Shown: one piece after another, positions 39,001-52,179 of the stretch | Layout: each line of letters opens with the position of its first letter | Numbering within the stretch: the stretch's first letter is position 1 | Assembly (NCBI GenBank): GCA_964276515.1 | Contig: OZ193910.1 | Span: 3,782,001-3,846,000 of the forward strand | From: Gordius albopunctatus | Taxonomy: Eukaryota | Direction of reading: 5' to 3' | Length of the DNA stretch: 64,000 bases | Notes under the pieces: model-generated | Seen by the model: the letters and a program-made list of their open reading frames with translations, nothing else | What the model was told of the DNA's origin: nothing | Database searches by the model: none | Position numbers and translations under genes: made by a program

Positions 39001-39490
39001 AATTATAATATAGGAAAAAAATTAGATTCACACTTTGGCCAGTGGTCATTTTTTCCATTGATCAGTAGCCAGCAGACGGCCAAAAGGCCTAAATATATTA
39101 TCAAAGCAAATTTTAGGTTATTTGCAAAGCAGCAGATATACAATTAAGATAGCAATTAACCAAATTAATTTGCAGGAAATTATATAGCCAGTGTCGCAAT
39201 CATCCGTTATAAAGCAAGAACCTAGACGAGTTGCAAGAAAAATTTATGTTTAAAGCTAATCAGTCGGGCCCATAAACAATAGTGGAGTTTGGGCTCGGGC
39301 GAGGTCAAAAAATTAAAGCCAACCAGCGGCGGTCGTAAGCTAGTGTATTTGCGCAGGCAAAATAAAAGTCATTTACAAAAGCATTAGTCCAAAGCCATTA
39401 AAAACCCGTATAAGTTTCCACGGCAATTATGCAAAAATTACAAGTTGGATACGACAACGAAAAGCGAGCCCATAAATTGCATAGCAATTA
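36028..39490. repeat. Composite Helentron/DINE-1-like repeat block with internal tandem repeats
   Basis: ~90-bp inverted repeat 36096-36186 / 38273-38363, with a third copy at ~62081-62260. Recurrent TTGCTATGCAATTTATG termini (36129, 36581, 37072, reversed ~39470), a GTCC microsatellite (~36613), a hairpin GGGCCGAAGGCCC plus T-run (38408-38420), and about 10 copies of CTGACCAATGAAAAAATGACCATTGGCCAAA in both orientations. Confidence 0.55.
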
Positions 39491-41200
39491 AAATCTCGTT
39501 TTAGGATTATATGATATAACCTACAGTGATAACATTTGGATTGCCTTAATATAGTATAAGGTTAAAATTCTATATTTGATAGAGGCCTTTTCTCAATATG
39601 CAATTCGTGGAAATTAAATTTAGTTGAACCTCCTCTATATTAAATCTTAAGTTCAAACAGAATTGCAAATTTTTTCACCGGGCTCAGTACACGGGCGTAG
39701 CCAGCATTGGGATTAGAGTAGTAGGGGGGCAATAATGATTTAGGGAGGGGAAAAATGATCATTATTTGAAATTTTTAGGCATAATTTTATTAAATTTGAC
39801 AAATGTTTAGATTTAGAGTGGGGCAGCCGCCCCTACCTGCCTCCCCCCTTGGGTCACTATCTAACAAAATTTTAAAAACGACTGTCCATAAGAACACGAC
39901 AGGCTATATAAGATATTTTAAAAGTAACCTGGAAATATTATTGGCTTTGGCGGCTTAACAACAAATTTGACTAGTAAGCATAATAGATGATTCACAACCA
40001 GCCAAAAGTAGACGGCAGTGGATTATCGTACCTTAAACCGATATAACAATATTTATAAGTAAATGCCCTTTTGAATATTATATTAACAAATTTAACATTT
40101 TTCTATAATTATTCGTTCTAGGGTGTAAATTGTAATTGGTTTTCATATACGAGAAAAGATATAATATATATATTGTAAGAGTAACAATTGGGGATAACAG
40201 ATTTGCCTACCGACGATTAGTGTCATAACACTATACGAATATGTATATATAGAAAGAGTATAATGTGTCAACTATTCGTCATGTAAAAATATATGCTTTT
40301 TATATAGATAGTATAAATATTAAATTGTTTAGACTCATGATAAAACTTTATCGGTGAGATTATATGCATTATAGAAGTATACACTAAGAGCTAAGGTGTT
40401 ATACACTGATGTTTTTATAGAATAGAGTAAATATGTTTGTTTAATTAATGTTCGACTTTAAAAATTTGTAGACATTGCTAAATATTTTTAAAACTCTGTA
40501 ATTATAAAATGAAATATGTATCTATTATACATAAATATAATGAATTTAGGAAGCTATATTGCATTTTAAGTTTTGTCCGAGAGTATAATTATTATCGACA
40601 ACGTATAACACAACTAGTACATATTGGAGTAAAACAATTAAATATTTAAAGTAATACATTTAAATTTTTATAAAATGTTTTTGTGACAATATGCAGTAAA
40701 GTATGTACACTGAAATGAGAATAATTTATTACAAGGGGAGAAAGCATGGCCCTAGTTTGTGAGGCACAAGCTTATTGTATATTGAAGATATAAAGAAGTA
40801 GTCAGAAAGAAAGATGAAAGCTTTTCACAAATCGATAACAAAATATAGCACTCACACGCGATATACAATTCTGTGGCATTAATTAGATTGTCCTGAATTT
40901 CTTTTTAAAGTCGCAAAAAACTAAAAATTAAACATTACTATCCTTAAATATCAAGTGGGAATCAGGGATTCTAGGTAGCACAGTTGAATTAGGAATGACT
41001 AATTGTTAGCTATAAATTGACTAAGCACTTATGGAAGTCCTAATGGGTATTTAATTTTATAAGATTGAGGATTGTGATCACAATATACATGTACCGGCGG
41101 TTTTTTTCTTGAGACTAGTTTTTTTAACGCGGTAATAAATATAACACTGAGGTTTAATGGGGATTTTGTATTTTGGCAGGTATCTTGTTAAAAAAGATTC

Positions 41201-44200
41201 TTAAAATGCTTCTAACATCTCAACAAACAATTTCCTGAGTGTTACTTTGCCCTCCTTCTTCACTTTATTCCAAAAGTTGCGTGATTCAATGTCCAATTGT
41301 CGCAAATACGGTAAACATAGAAGTATCTGACAAATAAAATTTCCCAATTTGTCAATAAGATGAAAGTATAAATGAACAAGCAATGATTAATGGTCATATA
41401 AATACCTTGCTAACACGGTAGGGATCGGAGCATTTTTGCGTTATGGTTATGTGATTGAGACAATCCAATAGGTTCTTTCGCAATTTGGAAATATTTGAAA
41501 TACCTTGAATCTTGCTCAATCCCTCTACATAACAAATATAATCATTGAAAACACACATCACAGTTGTCTAAATTAATATGAGTTTGAGTGAATTTAATAA
41601 GTAACGAAACATCCTAATAAAAAAATAATTAAGGATGTAGCCATGAATCATGATATGGTTGGTCGCATGGGCATAGCCAGCATTAGACTTAGAGGGTCAA
41701 TAATGATTTAGGGAGGGGCAAAATGATCAATTTTTGAAATTTTAGCTATAATTTTAGTTCAACAAATTTTTGGATTTAGAGGTTACCCTTGCTACGCCCA
41801 TGGTTGGTGGACAGATGTTTTCTAAAACTGCCAATTAATATAGATCTGAGGCTCCCGCCTTGTTCTAATGACATATGAATTCGGCCATGGAGAGCTACCA
41901 TTTAAAGAAAACCCAAATCCCTGACAAATTTAAAAAAAAAGAATTTTTTGCCCAACAATTATTAACCCAAATACGAATTTTATAAAGTAATACCAGTGTT
42001 GCAGATGACAAGGGCTTTGAGGAGTATGTATTCTTCAGTGGATAATCGGCAAAGGTTGATTTCGAATATTTTGATGACGTCGGATATAACGGACATGAGG
42101 TCTTCGATTTGTGAATTTACCCATTCCGATTTTGAGATGGAAAAGGTGGGAGAGAAATGAAGTCTTCCGTTGTAAGGCAATGAACGGTGAATGAAACTTA
42201 ACAACAATATTTCGTTCCAGGAGTAATGGAATAGAAGAATTTGATCGTTGAGTGATAGTTTGGAAAAATCTAATCAAACATTTAATTCTAATAAAGTCTA
42301 GCATAAACTAAATGGTTAAACTGAAAAATAACATAGATTTATGCATGCCTAATTTTTATTAACCTTTTACAATGATGGTTAAGTTACAAAACAAAAAATA
42401 TTTCATATAAAATATAATATACTAGATAAGCCCGGCAAACATTGTTTTGCCATATACATTATGTCTGACAAATTAACTAACTTACTATAAGTGTGTGGGG
42501 ATATTTTTTGCAGAAGATTTATCTAAATTGTAGTTTTGTTTTACAATCGATGGAAAGTAAATGTAAATAACTAATTGCAGGTAAAGAGTTTGTCGGGGAA
42601 TGCAGGGGATAGAAAACTTTTTATTTATTGTTTCCTGGGGGGTTGTTGATCTATCGGTTGTATTTTCTTAACCACTCTTAAATAATACTTTTTTTATCAT
42701 TCGCATCACTTTGTTATATATGGAAAAATTAAGACAGAATTACGGTGGATAAATTTTAGCTTTAGCGCCATCTGTACATATAAAACTGGCAACAAAATTA
42801 ATGAGCTGCCATTATTATCACATGGCCATAGAAGCATATAATTTATTTGGGGACACCACCTTGAAAAAGTTATGTAATAACAATGTACATTATAAGAACG
42901 TATTATATAAAAAAAATACAAATGTCATACGTATGGGGGCGATGTGGGATCAAATAAGTCAGGCAAATTATCATAAGTAAATTGGTTTGTCTTATTATAT
43001 ATACATTAAAAATAGTGGGTTCATAAAATCCATGACGTGATAAAATTCGTGCCCCATTTCAATATATAAAATGTATAAGTCTAATATTTATTTTTAATAA
43101 TATTAAATTAATCCTATAAATAAATAATACATATTTCTACTTATATTCTAACTTTCCTGACGTCATTATTGTATATGATGCTATAAATTAAACTGGCCGG
43201 GAAATGTCCGATATATTTAAAACGAAAAGGTATTTTAGGATTCTGAAAAAGCTATTTTACCCCTGGCCGCCCTGGGCATCTACGGTTAAATTTTCGCGCG
43301 AATCGGGCCGGTAGTTTCAGAATTTAGCCCTTACATACACATACATACATACATACATACATACATACATACATACATACATACATACATACATACATAC
43401 ATACATACATACATACATACATACATACATACATACATACATACATACATACATACATACATACATACATACATACATACATACATACATACATACATAC
43501 ATACATACATACATACATACATACATACATACATACATACATACATACATACATACATACATACATACATACATACATACATACATACATACATACATAC
43601 ATACATACATACATACATACATACATACATACATACATACATACATACATACATACATACATACATACATACATACATACATACATACATACATACATAC
43701 ATAGACTTTACTTTATATATACTTTATATATATATATATATTTGAACTACATTAGAAATATTTCATATAACACTACTTCATATTAACCACATATGTACGA
43801 AACCTTTTAGAAGGATGATTCATAAGGGATTGTAAAATTCACAAGCTTAATATAATCACTTAGTGTAAAAAAGCACCAACTTATCCTCTAATAAATTTGT
43901 AAAGTGTTAAAGTCTAGTTAAAGCGTTCTACAGGGAAGTAAAATTCTTCAATATATTGAAGTAGTCGTAGCATAATTATAAATACTATTGTAGTTGAATA
44001 CTTTAAAACCAACGCTTATCCAACAAATTTTTTAAGAAACAGCCAATTATTTACAAAATGGGCATATGGTCATGACATAAAATAAAGGGGGTCAAAATGT
44101 TTAGCAATGATTCAGTGAGAAACAAAATAATAATATTAATTTAAACGATATTTTTTCTAGTTACTTAAAAATGATGTAATTTTCAAAATTAACATAATAA

Positions 44201-47200
44201 AGAATAAGAGGAAATTAAGCATTTATCATGGAACATTTATACAGTCCTATCCTAATAAGCACCACTGTCATGTATACAAATTTTATAAATCTTGATTTGA
44301 ATTTCACTTTCAATAGGCTATATATCATAATTTATGTTATACCGGGTAATTGTTTTGCCCAGGTGACCATATCAACTAATTCTGAATCCGCTAGGGCACT
44401 AATCACATTTAAATGATCCACTGACATGCGCAGCTCAGCGGTTTCCATCTCTTTTCCAGTGCTCTCTTTTTCATATACACTTTGTTGCGGTTGAATGCTC
44501 TTCAAATAGCTAATAAGATTTTCTTCTGAACGCACCCCCGCAATAATTTAATAAAAATTCATTAAATATCTCTTTATCCATTTTTTGCATTAACACGATC
44601 ATGAATGAAACATATTTTATCTATATTTTTAGTGTAAGAAGTATTCAATTATAGATTATACTTATAAAAGTTTCCATAATTATTAAATTCATTTTTAAAA
44701 TATAATACGAGAGAATCGGAAGTCAGTTCAAAATTATAAATAAGCAACCAATCTTTGAAAAATTTAGATCAGAAAGAATATAATATAATTTAAGCTACTA
44801 GTGCAAAGATCATTGATATGCCAGATTTAAATTTTTACAATTTTATTTAACTTTATAGGATATTCCATAATGCTATTTATTCCACCAAACAATTATTATT
44901 AAGAATTAAATCTATTTCTATCTACTCTTTCAAAATGACCATGCTGCCACAAGCTATTTAGTATAAAATTTTATCGATTAGAGATTTCAAAAGGCAAAAT
45001 TACATCTTCAATTTTAGGTTGTGGCCAAGGCTACTTTATCTTTTAGTCATATTGATTTTGTCAAACAAAATACCAAGAGAAACATATTAATGAAAAATGT
45101 ACGCCATAAATTTTGTCAACGTCAATTTGTGTTGTACCTTCTTGGAAATTTTTTTTATAAGCGAATGGAGTATTGTAAGCGTTCGGAAATCCTCGGGCAT
45201 ATTTTTGGCGTCCGCCCCTGACCCGATCTAAACGAACTCCTTAAAATAAAATAAAATTCATTTTCTAGATAATATGTTTTTATATAATTTGTGTACAAAT
45301 ACATAAGGTTTAGTTTTTACCATTTATTAAGATAGATAATAAGCAATTTTAAAATATTTGAATTATAGAAACTAAAAATGATTTAGGGACGGACCAAATG
45401 ATGATTTTTTGAAATGTTATCTACCTACATTTGATGAATTTAGAAATTTGGGTATTGGGGGGGGGGGCAACCGCCCTCTCCGGCACCCCCGACTAAGCCC
45501 CTGTTAATAATTGTATCATCCCTATATATAGTTTTTTTAAAACTTCTTTAAATACAACTTGTAATTAAACGTCAAAAACAGTGTTTTAATTAAACATTTT
45601 GTTTCGTAAAGTTTTCACATAGGAATGTAATTAACGCTAAAGTTATGAATAGTTCAAAGGCGTCGTTTAAGGTTACACCTTCAAATTAAATATACTAATT
45701 TTAATTTATTTTATAATTTTTTTTTAAATTATAAGGTACAAACAAAGAATTTGTGCTCACAATTTTAAGCGATGACAGCCCGGGCCACAAAAGGTGTAGC
45801 CAACTCGTTGATAAAAATGAATATGAGGAATGAAATGATTATATTTTTTATGTAAAAAGCGCTACAAAATAATGTCTAGTGCGAAAAAGGTATAAAAAAG
45901 TTTCAAAATCTTAGATATTTTTGTTCAAAAACTATAATTGAAAACTATAAAGACATTTGTTATAATCATTGTCAATAATAATCTATAACAAATAATGCCC
46001 ATTAAATAATTAATTAAACAAGCGTACGAATTTCTATTTTTTTATTTCTATACAAATTTTGATTTAGAAATCCAATTTCTGGACTTTATGTGTTAATAAT
46101 ATATCCATGGAAACTTCTAAAGCGTGCTAAAACAAGTTAAATTAAAACTACTATGTAAACTTCTTAATTAATCGATCATATGTAGATCGAGCATTAAATA
46201 TTTTACGGTTGAAAGCATGTTACTCACCGCTTTAACATCATTATTTCAAAAATGGTATTTAAGGGAACTTTTAGTGAGATGAAGAATAAATTAATCAAAT
46301 CATCCAGGCGCGTCGTAATTTGGTAAAAACTAATTTAGATTTAAGTAGCGCAAGGGAAAAAAATCAATTTATTGTCATTACGAATAATTTTGTTTAACAA
46401 AATATATAACGTTTAAAAAGAGAACACCTTCGGGCAAAAAACTCTTTGTGAGCAGGCAAGGATATAAATAACTTTGGTGACTTTTGTATTGTATTGAATG
46501 CGAAATTCATAAAATCATTCAATATACCCTCGGGTTACATATCTGTGTGTGCTCATCTCCGATTTCTAAAATTACTGTCAAAACAATTGTTATCTTAATA
46601 CGCCAGTGTGCTCCGCTCAAAACTCACAATCCATTATTCGAATTAATAATAGATAACGTGATCGAAGTTTTAAACCGTGAGTTTGGTTAAAAAAAAATTA
46701 AAATGCTAATATACCATACCATACCATACGCTTATAAAGTTAAGTCTACTCTATGGATATTTGATTAAAATAAAACCGTTGTCAATTATAATGTGCAATA
46801 GTGATATATTCCTTAATCTGCTGATTATAATTACGTTCTAAATAAACATTTTAATCTTATTTTAATTTCAAAAGTGCAGAATCATATATAATGCCAATAT
46901 TATTGCTTAGTTAGTAGAGTAAAAAGGCTAGGATCGATTCGCTTTCAAAGCAGGTTGTGACAATAATTTAAGTCGCATATTAAACTTTGCTTTGTTTACC
47001 AGCCAAATCTTTTTTGACAAGACAGTCACAAAGTTAATTTCTGATTTAACCATAAATCAATTATTAAATAAATCACATGGGCGTAGCCAGCATTGCAATT
47101 AGAGGGGGGGGGGGCAATAATGATTTAGGGAAGGGCAAAATGATAATTTTTTAAAATTTTAGCCCCATAATTATAATAAATTTCAGCACATTTTTAGATT

Positions 47201-50200
47201 TAGAGGAGGGAAGCTGCCCCTCCTGCCCCCAACCTTGGCTACGCACATGAATATATCATCAGCTTGCAATAAGCCTCTTATGAAACCAATAGTGAAATGT
47301 ATTTTTCAGATATTTGTCATAGTGCATGCCATTATAATAATACAAAAAGTTTCAAATATATAGTCAATAAAATAAAGGCTTGCAAAAGGGGGGAGCTAGG
47401 TTAACAAGGCATATTTCATTTATCACCCTTTCGATTTTTGAATACTTAATAGGGGAATAATAGAATAAAACGTGTTGCTCCGCCTACTTCATAATCAAAT
47501 TCAAAAACCATGCGGACTCGCTAAAAATTGTATTAGACAGACACTACTTTAGAAACAAGTGAGAGGGAACTTGTGGAAATAAACCAAGTTAAACCCTTCA
47601 AGATGGCATAGCTGCTCATCAATCTTTAAAAAAAAACTTTGGAATTCGCAATTTTTAATACATAAACATCTCTCAGCCCAATATTTCTTATCGATTTTAC
47701 TTAGAATATTTTAGCTCCCCGGCTGGTGAATATTATCTAACCCGCCCCACATGCATGACAATACAATAGATTGCCAAACCAATCTTTGCTAATCCCCAAC
47801 GCCGTTCAAAATTCAATTTAATTTTCTGGCACATTCTCCCATCCCCCTCGATTAATTATTTCAAGGTTGACATAGGGGGGGTATTAGAAAAACCCAATAA
47901 ATATACGGTATTATCGACTTTAAGTCAAGAAAGCAGGGGAGGGGAGGGGGTTAACCCAGGTTTACAATAGAGAGTTACTTACTAACAACTATATTTTTAC
48001 AAATGTTTTCAGAGATTACCGAATTGCTTTGAAACTTGCAGAGCTTATATTAAAGAATGATTTATGATTTTTTTAGATCGTAACTTAAGGGCTTATAACG
48101 GTTAATAAATATTTGCTTAGCGTTAACGATGTGCAAGATTAGGATTGTCAAGTTTACTTAGTCCCATCATCCCTTTACTATAATTAGTAAGGGGGGTAAG
48201 TGGTTAAACATCCAAACAAATCTCAAGAGGTTTCTAATGACCGTGAGGCGCAAAGAAATGATTTGTGCAGATTTTACCAAAAATCTATGGCTATTTCAGA
48301 TGCGATAAAGGATTTTAATTTATCATAATGGCTCTTGTTTGAGCTCACTATCTATATTTAAGGGACGCGTAGTAACATTGTTGGCATATTTTTTTAAGAT
48401 AAACCCTTCCAAAGGATATGTTACTTTGAATGAATATAACGATTAATAGTTTATTAATAAATTTAAAATGAATTTAAAAACATTAATTTTTTGGTAAAGC
48501 TCTGGTAGCCTCTATCCAAAATTAATTTGGAACCAGAATTGGTTATAATTTAAGGAGGGGCAAAATGACATTTTCGGAATTTTAGCGATGATTATCTGAA
48601 ATGCTACAAAAATTATGGATTTAAAGGAGGCAGTCGCCCCTTCCTGCCTCCCCCTGTCTACGCCCATGCATCTTAGGTTAAAATGGAGGAAAACACCTAA
48701 ATGCTAGACGTACACTAACAAGTAGTAAAAATAACATATTCGATGTGAAGCATATATTATATTTAGTCACAATATGATGGCTAGAGAAAATAAATATCAA
48801 GCAGAAATCGGGACTTGCCCACATAACAAGATACATAATTTATTCAAGGTGTTGGGGTGCTCCAAAAATTCTGCTTGAAAATAAATGAGCTTTTAACATA
48901 ACCGACAAGCTGATTACTGTCACTAAAAAATAGGACAAAGATCTATGATTCAATCCATGTGATAATAAAATTTTGCAGCAATTTTTTAACGTAAACATAA
49001 CCGACATTTAAATCAATGAGAAGAGTTTGTATTAAGGTGGTGGTTTTATATTGGTTTTAAGATCATACCTTTCAGTCGTATAGGTGGGCATTTACAAAGA
49101 AATATCCAAAATTTTAAGGTCGCCAAGTTAAATTGTTATCGTTAAAATCTCACCAGGTTTATTTCCATTTTAAAAAGACGAACCCGATTTTTGAAGCCAC
49201 AATCTAACGCCCTTTAAATATTTGAAACGAAATAATTTTAAATATTTGAATTGTTAATACCGAAGCAATTGCAATTTACTAACGATAACCCTCTGATTTG
49301 GTTTAAGGGCTTGTCTTAATATCGGATTAAGATTTAAATGGCGCGAATTTATCTTTATCAAATATCCGATTCAAATTCATGTGTCAAACTCGGTTGTAAT
49401 TATTAATATTTTATTTTTTGATGGTTAAAAACTTTTTTTTATTTATTTCAACTCTTGAGATTAATCATTGTTATATAATGCGTCTGAAATGTAAATCTGC
49501 TGTGAATTCGAAGTTAAGACACGGCTACTTTATAACCCGACAACGATTTTTGCTGCGCAGCAAAATCCGATATTACAGCGTTTTTCTAAACTTTTGCACT
49601 TCGTATGGATCTCCTGCACACTAGTAGGGATGAAAAGGGGTAATCCATCATAGCGTTTAACATGAATCGCTTATTCCTTCTCTCCCCTTCGCATGTAACA
49701 CACTCCCTCGCCTTCCCCAACCTTACATGTTATTTAGCAACTCATACACCATATTTTGCACTTTTTTTATAAAATGGTCGTTTTTTTATAAATTAGTGAA
49801 TTTTTTTCGAATTTTTTATAGTATAGTTAAATTAATTAAACTTAAATTTTTTAATGATTAATTTTTTTAATTTAAAGTTTATTCAACCTTGAAAATGAAA
49901 TTTTGTCATGTATGGGTTTATTGTCGTGATTTTCATTATTTATACAATTTTTTTGGTAAATTTTTTTGTTAATGGCTTTAATAAAACATGGTGTATATTA
50001 TGTATAGTATATTTCCTGGATGAAAATCTAATTTCACTAACTCTTTCCGTCTCCCTATTTGGCATGGCATGTGAGCGATTCATGTTAAACGCTATGATGG
50101 ATTACCCCTTTTCTCTACTACTACAGTCGAAACTTCTTAATCGCAAATCGGATTATCGCGAAAATCTTTTAATCGCGAAGTTAACCGCCATTTTGTTTTT

Positions 50201-52179
50201 TTCAAACGATAATATTAACAAAAACATCGTTTATTGACAAATCGCTTAATAGTACAATATCGGATATTCACAAACATTTTCGAGTCCAATCAACCATACA
50301 ATTATATAAAATATCGTTTTATTGCGAAGCGTATGTCTTTATATATTTAATATTTTCTCTTTTTCCATCGTTTAATCGCAAAATATCGGTTAATCGCGAA
50401 TTTTTATTTAGGCCCAAGGCTTTGCGATTAAACGGTTTTGACTGTAGTGTGCAGGAGAGGAATACGAAGTGCAAAAGTTTAGAAAAACGCTGTAAGACAA
50501 GCCCTAAAGTGTAGCCAGGATGTGGCAATAAGGAGTAATTTTCCCCCTAATTTCAAGAATTGTTCATTACTTAAATAGATTATCGTCAAAAAATATAAGA
50601 ATTATCACTTTGACCCATCCCTAAACTATTAGCCTATTTTTTGCCCCCCCCCCTCCCACAATCTTAACTGTGTTCATGCCAGTGCTCCATTACCTAACTG
50701 AGTATAACATTTTAAGGGGGCTCAAAGAAGCCTAACCATCATATAAATTTAAAAATAATTTTTGTAGCTTAAACAAGATATAGAAAATAGTAATTTATAT
50801 AAAAATCAAATATAATAATAATAAAAAATCGATTAAAATCGATTGATTACCGCTGTATAGCATATCGCCCGCTATAGAATAAAAAATTTTCCAATATTTA
50901 TTCATCCTAATTACCCCTAACAAGAAATCTTATGTTTAGTTAAAATTTAAACGTGTTTTTAAATATAGGGTAAAAAATTTAAAAAAAACAAGATATGGAT
51001 ATTGTAATTTGTAAAATAAAGCTGTTATTACTAAAAATCTATAACTGCCTAAAATATAATAAAACAATGAAGTATTACAATACGTTAGCATACCTTCGCG
51101 CAGCATACCGACCCTGAAGCATTTTTTGAGGCGACATGCTTGACACGCCTTCCTGCGCCTCTTAGAAACTTCACATGCCCGATTGAGTAAGCAACGATAC
51201 TCTATGTTGCCTTGGATGGTACGCTTGAAAAAGGCTTTGCATGCTTCACACGAGGCTACTCCGTAATGAAAACCCGACGAGGTATCGCCACAAACTAAAC
51301 AAATGCCACCGGGAGGGGAGGATTCCGAACCTGAAACGCTATTTATGGGGTCAATTCGACCCCAGTTTGTGGTGCAATCGCTTGATTTAGGACCGAAACC
51401 CATATGATCCTCCATAGCCCTAGAATATGTGGACTCCCCTAACTCTAAATCTATGTCAACGTCTTGCTCATTGTCCTCTAAGGAGTGAAGCGTAATATCA
51501 TCAGTATGATGATCGGAATGTCCGGTTACATCGCTAGATGAAGTATGACCCGCTGTGGTTGTGCTTATTAAGATTTCTTCCAAATCCGTCACTGTTTGCG
51601 GAGATCTGCGGAGGGAGGGGCAAAATGATCATTTTTAAAATTTTCGCCATAATTTTAATAAATTTCAACAAATTTTTGAATTTAAAGGGGGGCAGCCGCC
51701 CCTCCTTGCCCCCCTTGGCTACGTCCATGGTTAAAGCGACTCCATTAATAAAAGAGCTCTGCTAATTTATAATTGGTCCTATTTAGCACCAAGCGGTTTA
51801 CATTATCCATTAGTTTTATTAATGAGGAGGGGGGGTTGGTAAAAATTTTAGCCGCAATGTCACAATTGACCAAAATGCTTTCATGCCCGCCTTACAAACC
51901 AAAATAAAATTATCAACGTAATTCAGGAGCGAAACGAGATCTAGCGTTTTCGAGATCTGAGGCAAATCAAAATAAATTAAGGGAAAACAAGGTAAATAAG
52001 ATTTAGCCGTTAAATAATAATGACCTTGGGTGCTGTTGGTCCATCATGAGGTCTGACAATTCGTCGAACAAGAGAAAGTCGTCGTGCGGCGAAGTGGATG
52101 AGGTCGGGGACGAGAAAGAAGGCAGACCGCCTGATGATTTTTCATAATCGGAATCTAAAGCAATATTGATTTGATTCAT
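41201..52179 (-). CDS. ERR: Estrogen-related receptor (ERR, NR3B), 7 coding exons
   Basis: Exons (-): 52179-52025, 51605-51094, 45239-45138, 44525-44343, 42269-41994, 41524-41406, 41326-41201, with consistent phases. [38 protein letters not shown] (ERR P-box CEACKA), C-terminal extension [41 protein letters not shown]-2 KLFVEMLEA. Confidence 0.95.
42422..43740 (-). mobile_element. Non-autonomous Helitron-like element carrying a long microsatellite, in an ERR intron
   Basis: The minus-strand 3' end is a GGCAAAACAATGTTTGCC hairpin followed by CTAG|T at 42422. (TATG)n and (TA)n lie near the presumed 5' end, whose boundary is approximate. Confidence 0.55.
43339..43702. repeat. (ACAT)n tetranucleotide microsatellite, ~91 perfect units
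   Basis: Directly visible perfect tandem array. It produces the spurious MYVC-repeat ORFs in the track. Confidence 0.99.
49576..50492. mobile_element. Tc1/mariner-pogo-type MITE with a nested pogo/Tigger-like MITE (50124-50444)
   Basis: Outer ~47-bp TIRs CAGCGTTTTTCTAAACTTTTGCACTTCGTA...TCCTGCACACTA, flanked by TA. The inner element is TA|CAGTCGAAAC...GTTTTGACTG|TA. Confidence 0.8.

Noticed and set aside
36700..39090. CRISPR-like array of ~30-bp repeats
   Set aside because: Eukaryotic context, degenerate repeats, homologous rather than unique spacers, and no cas genes.
43317..43702. Three 123-125 aa MYVC-repeat ORFs
   Set aside because: Translation artefacts of the (ACAT)n microsatellite.
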